Positions 37,854-48,833 of a stretch of DNA of 64,000 nucleotides are shown here, in pieces. A program made the translations under genes and the position numbers. This DNA comes from Macrostomum hystrix (taxonomy: Eukaryota > Animalia > Platyhelminthes). Position 1 is the first letter of the stretch, and the number at the start of each line of letters is the position of its first letter. Where the stretch lies: positions 19,282,001 through 19,346,000 of the forward strand of contig CATNEN010000001.1 in NCBI GenBank assembly GCA_950097015.1. The letters run 5' to 3'. Below the pieces are notes generated by a model. It saw only the letters and a list, made by a program, of their open reading frames with translations. It did not search any database and was not told where the DNA came from.

Positions 37854-40800
37854 GTGAGATTTCGAAGCAGTTATTTCGAAAATATAATAGACTGAGAGTG
37901 ATAAGTTGATACGTTGCAGTAGACAGAGAAGTAGAGGGAGAGTAATGTACTCGTATATTTATATCCAATTTTCTGAGAGTGAGATTATGTAGAGAAAGCT
38001 AGGGGGAAGAGGCGATGAAGATGGAGAGAGGAATAGACTAGCAGATTAAGTAGATCTGCTGATTCGGGGGAATCGAATGTCAAGGTACCCTAAATAAAAT
38101 AAATGAAGTAGATTGAGCAAGTAAGGTTACAATCCTCTCGCAACTCCTTATCTTCAATGCAGGAAGTGTTCCGACTCCTCTGCTCTTACTGCCGAATCTG
38201 CAGCTGTCTGGTGCTCGGGAATTGTTTGGGAACATTCAGTCATTGATAAACCGATTTGTGTCTGATGCCATGCCGTGTCTTGTACGGTGACATTATAATG
38301 ACATACAATACCCACGTGCTTTTGCACATTTTGCACATTGTCTTAGCTGAATGCGATGGAAATTTGTTTGCTAGGAATACCCGTTTAGCGCAATAGGTAT
38401 TTCGATTATTTATATTTGAATGTTTCTTCTTTTATGCTTGCTACGGAATATCTCATGAAGTGAAATATATTTGTATATGTATATTTTTAGGAGAGAGTTA
38501 GCGTTTTCAATTCTGCATTTTTTCGAGCTTGAACGACCTGAGTCTGGGTTATGAATAATTCATTTCTCTGTTGTTCGTAAAACAAATACAAGACTATTAA
38601 TACCAGCTATTTCATTTTCGAAGCCTTTCATTTGCACGAAGTGTCAGTTGTTTGTTGCCACCTGCATTCAGTATTTAGAATCAAAAGCAAGATATATATG
38701 GAAACCTAAAGACGAACTAACTCTACATCTGTTCATGGGGCTATGGGATGGCATACGGGCATACAGATAAGATATGGGCTGTGCTCCGCTACCTCAGACA
38801 CTCAATCATCCTGTCATATACAGTTTTATGACAGGAAGACTGTTTTAACCGCAGGCCCTTATCGAAGAATATATGGTCTGTTGCGCGGAACTCGTGAGTA
38901 AGTAAGCAACTGGACACGGGGGGACAATGCTTCTCCCTCCGTCTTTCCCCCCCCCAGTTGGGGGTATTAATAGTCTTGTTCATTTATTATTCATATAACC
39001 CCTGGGGCTTGGGGGTCTTTGTACTCCCGGGGGTCCGCAGTCTGTGGTTGCAAACAAAGGCCAATATTTTTATCTGCTTTTGCCAGGGAAGATTATTCGC
39101 TTGCTTTGTTTATCGATGGAGCTCTGAGTGTAGAAACTGGTGAGACAACTCCCCGCGAAACCCCCATTTTCCGGGCCACAGACCAAAGACCAAGGAATAG
39201 AATTAGACTGCGCATGTAGCATGGCCTGCCTGTGCGTGTTTTGGGACAAAAAACCAATGCAAAAGATGGTCCCCGCTCTTCCCCTCAACTGGTCAATAGT
39301 GTGTGTGTTAGTGGAGTTCCTTATTGTAAATGTATCTAAAAAGGCGCATTTCCAACTAATTGGGTTGATCACTTCCAAACCTGATTATCAGAAACGAAAC
39401 TGCATTTTTATTCCTTGGTCTGTTAGGGCTGACTGGGAAATTGAAAATTTTTCGATAGGAAAAAAGGCAAATTGGCGCTAAAACCAAAAAACAATAGCTC
39501 TGTGAACTTTTTATGCAAAGGCTTGCGATGGTATGAATGTCTCTCTCTTTCCCTTCTCTTTGTTCTGTCACGAAAATATTTACCGGAGAGACACAAGCCA
39601 CATTTTAAATACATGGCCTAAAGGTGTTGAAAAAAGTCTAAAAAATATGCTAGGATCTACGATAACTATTAAGTCCATATCCATGTCTCATTCCCTTACC
39701 AAACCCAGACATGACTATCACTGGAACCGCGTACAGTTAAGAAAACAAGTCTTGGTTTCTCTCTTACTCGTTCTGAGCGCTTGTGATAAGAATCATATCC
39801 ATGACTCTACGGCTCGTAGATAACATTTGACATGAATTTCTAACTCAGTGTGTGTGTACGCTCTCGAAATGCACAAGCATACAGTGGAGCGAGTGGACTC
39901 ACTCTGACTCACTGCCCAGTGCCCCACTCAAAAGTTTTTGCCCTTGCTCCTACCCTCTGCTCTGATTCCGTATCCTCTCAAAAACAACGAGAACAATTTC
40001 ATACCACATGTTTGTTTTCCTCTCAGCGGCTAAATAAGAGAGAGAGAGAGATACTAATATTTTTGGACCCCCATGCACATAGATTTTTATACTTTGAGCT
40101 GTAGTGGCAAACTAGCTCTACAATTAGGTAAGGCGAACTGGCGTACAGATAAAACATGTCTGTGTTCCGATCCCAGACACTCACTCATATATCAATATCC
40201 GTGCCGTCCTGGAAGTCAGCACCGCACAGATCGGATCAGTACATACCCCGACAATTTATCCCAGGAAGTCAGGATCAGAATTAGGAACGCATCTAAACTC
40301 TAAACAATAAAGAAAAGAAAATTATATGCTAGCTAAATTTTATCCATGTTAAGTTGCTTAAATTTCTCACTATGGATGTTTGCAAAAGGGCACTTGGGGT
40401 ACTAGTATATCATTTGGTTCCGAAGCTAGTCACAGGTAATTCAGCCCATTCCACGGACTCGTGCACAAACACACACAGATACGTAGCTTGTACGCAGGCA
40501 GGCAGGCACCAACTCAATAAGTGTGTACATCTGCCCCTAATTTTTTGAGTCAGGCATTATATATCATTATTAAATAGGTTCTTTCAACGGCAAGAGAATG
40601 AGGGAGAGAGAATCAAGAAGAGATAATCTGGGAAAAATAATCACGAAAAGAGACTCAGGGAGAGAGAATCAAGAAGCTAGAATTAGAAGCAATTACGTAG
40701 AATCCGGATATTTAGGCATTTTTTCGTGTACTCGACTTGTTCCAGCAGTTGAAACAAAAAATGCAGCAGATGTCTTAGCATTTCTATAAACTATACACTC

Positions 40801-42200
40801 TACTTATCAGTAGCGAGTTTCTCTATATGTTCCTTTCAATTTATTCAGCAGAAAGTTAAGTTTGCGAAGGTATACGCTTTATACGCAGCTAGGAACACGC
40901 ATTCGCGCAGCAATTTTATTAATTCATGTAAAAACATTGGAGGAAGCTAAAAGCAAGAGGGGAATAATCGTACTGTACTTGCTTCCTATTACTTAGTCAC
41001 GTGTAAATTCACTTACATGCTTTCACGCCTAATCCACACCCGGCCGACCCCTCCGAGGTTTTACTCACTACTTTTAGTAGAGTATCAAGACATACGGCCA
41101 AAAATGTCCGGGTTAAAGATTTAGGACGCCCCTGGCAACCAAATGGCGACCGTGACGCGACCGCTTCAAAGTGCACAGAATCTTCAGTTGAAGCTGATCT
41201 AGGCCTTGAATATTTTTTTTAGGGTCAATGATGAACTCCAGACGGTTTTCAAAACAAGAAATCCATTTTTTTATCATGACAAGTCAGCCGCCCCGAGCGA
41301 CCTTAAGGCGACCGTGAGGCGACCGAATGAAAGTGCATAAGAGCTTGGGAAAAACATCCAAAGTACCATTTTTTTTACTGAAAATGCTCTTTAGATTGCA
41401 CTTAAAGTACTCTGAGAACAAACTCCAAAAATATTTGGGCGACCGTTTGGGCGGCGCCGCCCGCAGTCGCCCCCAGTTTTTTTCCCACTGGGCATCCACG
41501 TCACATGCTGGATCTCAGGGGATTCCTTTGTCCATCAGGACCACATTCTCCAGAGCCGGTCCCTTGTATCCAACCGAGGACTTCTAAGATACTTCTAGGT
41601 GGTTCTTGTATCGAACCAAGGACTACTGAAGTACTAGCTAAGCACTAGTGGTCCTTGTATCCAACCTTGGTTGTATCCTTATCTCTGACAGAAGCGGATA
41701 CTGAAGCGTAGAGCTAGATTCTAATCAGCTTTAGTAAAACAAAATAAAAAATCCGGAATTAATGCAGACCTACTCCAGCGTAAGAATGGATTGTAACACT
41801 CACTTATCGAATTTATAAAATCGTGGAACTAACGCACAAAACATTAAATTTCAGTAGAAGTATTCAGAAAACATAATTGAAACCAAGAAAAACAACACAG
41901 TTGAGTTTTTTAAAAGATCTACCAAAATGTATTGCTAGGGTATATTCGAAATCTAAGTCAGCAATGTTTGTTGTGCAAAAAGCATCGATGTACTAGCTAC
42001 GTAAAAGTAGATTAAGTGCAAATTAAGATAATTATGACAACATGAAGTTTCAGTTTCCATGGCCCGACTACTAAAAAACAGTTCGCGAAGATAAAGCATT
42101 ACATTATCACCAAATTACAAATCTTAAGCATGTTAGAAAAAAATTTGCTCATAAGAGGAAAAGCTAGGATGAGACAACTAAACGAGACTCCTGTTCCTGC

Positions 42201-43289
42201 TCACAGCAGGTGGAACAGCATGCGGATCTGGCTCTCCGACAGCGCCGTGTTGGCGACGGCCACCGCACGGACCGAACCCTGCAACATGTACGAGTCAAGA
42301 TCCCGCCAACCGACTTGAAGGCACGACTTGGTCATGAGTGGAAACAGACTGGGAGACAGTAGCAGCACGGCAGAATCTGGCAAAAAGTTGGAGCCGATGA
42401 AAAACTGGGCTTTGACAGCAATGCTATCAAAGACGACACCGACAACAATGAGCTGCTCAGAGTCAGTTGGTAGGACAGCCTTGAGAGACTCGTATCTCTC
42501 TTTTGAGTTCATCGGGTTCAGGTACAATTTTTTTGAAACTAGTCTATCACTGAATTCCCAAAAATGGGAAAAGATCAAATCTCTTTTCAACTGGCACTCA
42601 TTCAGCTCGATGAAGCAGCATTGCTTCGGAGTTCTCTTCAGGTGCAGCACCCAGGTGTAGGAGCCTGAGAAGTCCAGACCGACCGGATCGTCCACCCACA
42701 GTCGAGACGACACTCCGTCCATGCGAGCGCCCTCACTCGTCCACGTCACATTGCTGGATCTCATGGGATTCCTCTGTCCACCAGGGCCGCACACCACATT
42801 CTCCAGAGCCGGTCCTCTGTCTCCAACCCACACAGCACTGAAGTGCTCGTTCGCAGTGATGGCATCGTACTCAGAGTCCACAATGATCTCGCAATCAAAC
42901 TGATCTCGCAGTCCAGCAGTCGATGAGCTGATGTTGAAGAGGCTGAGCAGGTGGCACACCTGACTGAATCGGAACAGCGCGCACGAGGCGTCTCGCTTGC
43001 TCCACTGCACCACGCCGACGCTGTTTAGACGGAACTCGCGACTCGACACGAAGCAGTCGATCAGGGAGACGGAGGGCCGGGGCTTCTGCCAGACAGACAG
43101 TGACCTATTAACGCAGACTGAATTTTTCAGCTTGTACGTTGCCAAGGCCGTTTTCGCATGTGCCATGACGCACAGAAGCAGAAGCACGAGTATGTCCTGT
43201 CCCATAGATGCGGATAACTCACTTTTTTGTTGGGCGAGTAGCTCTAGGAGTCGAAGCAGTTTTCGCATCTCTGTCACAATGCCTTTCAT
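42201..43289 (-). CDS. Array copy E: secreted PAN-like + LamG-like protein (N-type 3, C-type gamma); likely start at ATG 43205
   Basis: Signal peptide MGQDILVLLLLCVMAHA, shared core, C-terminal half identical to copy C. Confidence 0.75.
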   Translation of the reverse strand: MKGIVTEMRKLLRLLELLAQQKSELSASMGQDILVLLLLCVMAHAKTALATYKLKNSVCVNRSLSVWQKPRPSVSLIDCFVSSREFRLNSVGVVQWSKRDASCALFRFSQVCHLLSLFNISSSTAGLRDQFDCEIIVDSEYDAITANEHFSAVWVGDRGPALENVVCGPGGQRNPMRSSNVTWTSEGARMDGVSSRLWVDDPVGLDFSGSYTWVLHLKRTPKQCCFIELNECQLKRDLIFSHFWEFSDRLVSKKLYLNPMNSKERYESLKAVLPTDSEQLIVVGVVFDSIAVKAQFFIGSNFLPDSAVLLLSPSLFPLMTKSCLQVGWRDLDSYMLQGSVRAVAVANTALSESQIRMLFHLL

Positions 43290-44499
43290 TTTATGGGGCT
43301 ACGATCGTAATTTACACAGGCGATTAGTTTTCAGGATGCTGTTTGTCGATGGAAAATTTTAATGCATTCGCAATTATTTGCCCTGCAAAGCCATCACTGT
43401 GAGCTGACCAAACAGTGCAACACAGCTGCACGACTTTTGTCATTATCGGCGAATGACAAAATAAAAACCTTAAACACGCATCATAGCAGATGCAGCTCAA
43501 GGCGGCTTCAGTTAAAAACTTCAAAGAAGACAAACACGACAATTGAGGTGCCGCGGATGACACAAATTTGTTTCCGTTTGCAGCTCAATGTGGCAGCTGT
43601 TTTTGATAATCTTCAACTATTTAACTGGCTGCAAGTCGCACAGTTACTAATCATTATTTACATTAATTACGTGAAAAAATCCGCTGTTTTTGCTGTAACC
43701 TTAGACAACACAATGAGTTAAGTGACAGGTCGGCTAATTATGTGGGCATTTGAAATACCCAATGGTCTCTGCCCAGCGGAACAAATCCCTTTGTCTTTCT
43801 ATTGTTAAACGAATTTGATTCTCTTATAGTTTAAACGCCATGAAACTTTGCCCGTAAAACTTGATATTTTATGTTGCATAAACATAACACTTTCAACGAT
43901 ATCTAAGGCATCACTGCCCCCGACTTGCATAATTTATGAGCAAGTAAATTGCACCTGTCACTCTCTGATCAATTTATTATTTAGTTAAACGGAATGCTGA
44001 TAAGGAAAAAAATTCTGTTTTATTTTATCACGCTTCTCGCTTGGAATCAAACTAATCGATCAAAAACGCGTTGTTCAACGTCAAAGCTATTTGATGTTGC
44101 ACGATTTTTTATTCGAAGCAATGGCCCACAAAAACCTGTTTGGTGTTACAATAAAACTGATTATCTATTCAGTGAACAAAAGTCACAAAAATCCAGAAAA
44201 TTTTTGTTAACATTTAAAACTTTGCAGAGTGACAGAAAAAGACTACGGATTCCACTAACTTCCACTAACTTCGTAATTAAGTTAGATTTTTATCATAGCA
44301 AATCTGTTTAGGAAAATGTAAAGATACGAGCTAGGATCATAAGTACTCGTACTGTACTAAGCATGAAGACTAGTATAATATAAAGGTACGTGTTGGGCGT
44401 TGGGCGCCTCAGTTAAAATGTCTGCCAGTCAGTGCTTCATATCGATCTTGATGTACCGATTCATAATCCTGTGAGTCGCATCAGTTTCGCTCGTCCTGC

Positions 44500-44955
44500 T
44501 CACAGCAGGTGGAACAGCAGGCGGATCTGGTTCTCAGACAGCGCCGCGTTATCGACGGCCACAGCGCGCACCGATCCTTGCAGCATGTCACTTCCCAGAC
44601 CGCGCCAGCCGACCTTCAGGCACGCGCCTGAGGCTATGACGGACCAGCTGATGGCTGGCTTCCGCACCGCGGAGTCCGGCAGAAAAGAGTCGTTAAGGAA
44701 GAACTGCGCATTGCCGGCGATTCGATTCAAGACCCACGACAACAAACTGCTCAGGGTCGGTGGGTCACCCAATCATCTAGATCCCAATCATCTAGGACAG
44801 AAATTTCGGACTCAAATTTCACTTCTGTGTTCGTCGGGTTGAAGTACACAGACCTAGGGACTGAAAGGTCTCTGTATTCCCAGAGATGGTCAAAGAACGT
44901 TGGTACAGAACTCATGGGATTGCAGTTGTACAAGTCGATGAAGCAGCCCTGCTTC
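44500..44955 (-). pseudogene. Array copy F: orphan C-terminal cassette (type delta), frameshifted
   Basis: KQGCFIDLYNC...DHLWEY...YFNP and CLKVGWRGLGSDMLQGSVRAVAVDNAALSENQIRLLFHLL. No core upstream. A two-unit satellite insert sits at ~44768-44794. Confidence 0.85.
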
Positions 44956-45099
44956 AATAATTTTTAGACTGATGTTTTTTACCTAGTCAACAGCAGTTAT
45001 GAAACTGTTAGTCAATATTCTTAATTAAAATTACGAGTGTAATTAACTCATCTGTAATCATCTTCTTGATCAAATCTATCAATCAATCCAATTGATTGA

Positions 45100-47395
45100 A
45101 ACCAATCCACCAGATCCCAATCCACTAGATCCCAATCATCTAGATCCCAACCATCTAGATCACAATCATCTCGAGCCCAATCATCTAGATCCCAATCATC
45201 TGGATCCCAATCATCTCGAGCCCAAACATCTAGATCCCAATCATCAGGATCCCAATCATCTGGATCCCAATCATCTGGATACCAATCATCTAGATCCCAA
45301 TCATCTAGATCCCAACCATCTAGATCCCAATCATCTAGATCCCAATCATCTAGATCCCATGACAGTCATCTAGATCCCAATCATCTAGATCCCAACCATC
45401 TAGATCCCAATCATCTAGATCCCATGACAGTCATCTAGATCCCAATCATCTGGATCCCAATCATCTGGATCCCAATCATCTCGATCCCAATCATCTAGAT
45501 CCCAATCATCTAGATCCCAATCATCTAGATCCCAATCATCTGGATCCCAATCATCTCGATCCCAATCATCTGGATCCCAATCATCTGGATCCCAATCCTC
45601 TGGAGCCCAATCATCTCGAGCCCAATCATCTGGATCCCAATCATCTAGATCCCAATCATCTGGATCCCAATCATCTCGATCCCAATCATCTGGATCCCAA
45701 TCATCTAGATCCCAATCATCTAGATCCCAACCATCTAGATCCCAATCATCTCGAGCCCAAACATCTAGATCCCAATCATCTAGATCCCAACCATCTAGAT
45801 CCCAATCATCTAGATCCCATGACAGTCATCTAGATCCCAATCATCTGGATCCCAATCATCTGGATCCCAATCATCTCGATCCCAATCATCTAGATCCCAA
45901 TCATCTAGATCCCAATCATCTAGATCCCAATCATCTGGATCCCAATCATCTCGATCCCAATCATCTGGATCTCAATCATCTGGATCCCAATCCTCTGGAG
46001 CCCAATCATCTCGAGCCCAATCATCTGGATCCCAATCATCAAGATCCCAATCATCTGGATCCCAATCATCTCGATCCCAATCATCTGGATCCCAATCATC
46101 TAGATCCCAATCATCTAGATCCCAACCATCTAGATCCCAATCATCTCGAGCCCAATCATCTGGATCCCAATCATCTAGATCCCAATCATCTGGATCCCAA
46201 TCATCTCGATCCCAATCATCTGGATCCCAATCATCTGGATCCCAATCATCTGGATCCCAATCATCTAGATCCCAATCATCTAGATCCCAACCATCTAGAT
46301 CCCAATCATCTAGATCCCATGACAGTCATCTAGATCCCAATCATCTAGATCCCAATCATCTAGATCCCAACCATCTAGATCCCACTCATCTAGATCCCAA
46401 TCATCTGGATCCCAATCATCTGGATCCCAATCATCTGGATCCCAATCATCTGGATCCCAATCATCTGGATCCCAATCATCTGGATCCCAATCATCTCGAT
46501 CCCAATCATCTCGAGCCCAATCATCTGGATCCCAATCATCTAGATCCCAATCATCTGGATCCCAATCATCTCGATCCCAATCATCTAGATCCCAATCATC
46601 TTGATCCCAATCATCTAGATCCCAACCATCTAGAACCCAATCATCTCGAGCCCAATCATCTGGATCCCAATCATCTAGATCCCAATCATCTGGATCCCAA
46701 TCATCTCGATCCCAATCATCTAGATCCCATTCATCTGGATCCCAATCATCTAGATCCCAATCATCTCGATCCCAATAATCTAGATCCCAATCATCTAGAT
46801 CCCAATCATCTAGATCCCAATCATCTAGATCCCAATCATCTAAATCCCAATCATCTAGATCCCAATCATCTAGATCCCAATCATCTAGATCCCAATCATA
46901 TAGATCCCAATCATCTAGATCCCAATCATCTAGATCCCAATCATCTGGATCCCAATCATCTGGATCCCAATCATCTGGATCCCAATCATCTAGATCCCAA
47001 TCATCTAGATCCCAATCATCCGGATCCCAATCATCTAGATCCCAATCATCTAGATCCCAATCATCTAGATCCCAATCATCTAGATCCCAATCATCTAGAT
47101 CCCAATCATCTGGATCCCAATCATCTGGATCCCAATCATCTGGATCCCAATCATCTGGATCCCAATCATCTGGATCCCAATCATCTAGATCCCAATCATC
47201 TAGATCCCAATCATCTGGATCCCAATCATCTAGATCCCAATCATCTGGATCCCAATCATCTGGATCCCAATCATCTAGATCCCAATCATCTAGATCCCAA
47301 TCATCTGGATCCCAATCATCTAGATCCCAATCATCTGGATCCCAATCATCTAGATCACAATCATCTAGATCCCAATCTACTGGATCCTAATCTAC
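45100..47395. repeat. 15-bp tandem satellite (~150 units)
   Basis: CCCAATCATCT(A/G)GAT units with variants CTCGAG and CCCATGACAGT. Confidence 0.98.
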
Positions 47396-48833
47396 AAAGC
47401 AGCCGAGCATAAGATGGAAGGTCAAAGATTTTCCCACGCCGATAGAACTTCATTTACGCACGTTGACTGGCCAGCTGTGTACTGACTCAATACTGACTAT
47501 CTACTAGTGGTCCTTAAGTAGTCCGTGACTCAATATTCTATGAGATTCCGCCAACTGGCAAATGAGTATTAATGCAATATCGATACTGAAGTTGGCCAGA
47601 GATTAATCAATCCAGAGGAGATTTGCGGATTTAGGAAAAGTTTAGAGAGGCTTCTAAATTAAATTGCTATTCTTATTTTACTAAGTTCTAGTGCCTCGTG
47701 AGACTGGTTTTGGTTATGCACAGCCTTCTGAGCTAATGCCTTTAGGTAGCCGATTTTTATAATCGATTTTTAACAGGATTTCCAGCTTCTGTATTGCTTC
47801 TAGGGGAAATTTTCTCTCTAGAATTTTAAACGTCAAAAAGCGGGAAGCATTCAGTTTCGTGCCACATTTAGTTTGAATTAAGTGCCATTTAATGCATTCC
47901 GTTTTAGTCACCGATAGAACTGACGCATTAAAATTGAAGTTAAAGGAAACAAAAAATGGCTTAGAGTTTTTGTTTCCTGAAAGTCTGCCCATGAAATTTT
48001 GATGTATCTCGAGGATGGCTCAGCTGAGTTATGGTCCGACCGGTCAAGGTCCCATTATCGTTTCCAATCGACAGTGGCCTGGCAATACAAGCTCAATTGG
48101 CTGACCAATCATTTTACTCCACTTAGACACAGAGAAGCAGTTTTATCGTTGCGGCACATTTATCAATCAGCGTACTATGCAATTTGTGCTGTCTGACGTG
48201 GGTTTCGCGCCGGTTTTAAGTTTAGCTACATTTTTAGTAATATTCCATAAAAAACTTTTGCGTTTCAATTACCGTCTTTGAATGCCCAGGCAATATTTTT
48301 AATTAACACTTGTTTTATCTAAAAAGGTAATTAATTAATCGTAAAATGTTGACATTTGCAAACTATTTAGCAGAGTGCACACAGTGACATGCGGCTGGGA
48401 GCGTGCGATTGAGAATTCATTTGAAAGTATTTAAAGTTTTAAATCAAATGGTTACCAGGAAAAAGTAGACCCTAAACTCAACTCAACAAAGTAAGTAATT
48501 TGCTTTTCCGGTTAATAACAAGACAATTAGTCGACTTTAACAAAAAATTGTAAAAAAATTGTTTTAGAGTACATTAAAAGGATCCTTTTCAGTGATTTTT
48601 GTCCTTTTATGAACAATTTATTATATTTATTTTATATCATACAGTTTAATAAGTTGTCACTAATTTATGAGTTGTGATTTCCATCCGATTTAACGTGAGG
48701 CCTAAATTCGTATTTTAATGGATAACAAATAAATTGTCGTATGGAATGAAGTAACACTCCAAATAGTTTTGCGTAGTAAAAAATTAATTTCTTGCAAGAT
48801 ATTTATAAATATATTGTATTCCCAACATAAAAA

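Larger units (their letters stand above)
32694..41492 (+). mobile_element. Full-length 8799-bp CMC (EnSpm/CACTA-type) DNA transposon
   Basis: TIRs CCCAGTGGGAAAAAA...TTTTTTCCCACTGGG. 4-bp TSD CATC (32690-32693 and 41493-41496). Empty site CACTCATCCACG at ~28531-28542. Subterminal GGCGACCG repeats at both ends. Intact transposase. Confidence 0.95.

Noticed and set aside
38154-40789. Short ORFs in the transposon right arm
   Set aside because: All are under 115 aa, AT-rich and without motifs, so probably spurious.
25094-44955. Diversity-generating retroelement (template/variable repeat) explanation for the variable C-termini
   Set aside because: Differences are not adenine-specific, they include indels over ~400 bp, and no DGR-type RT is present. 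Recombination or conversion fits better.
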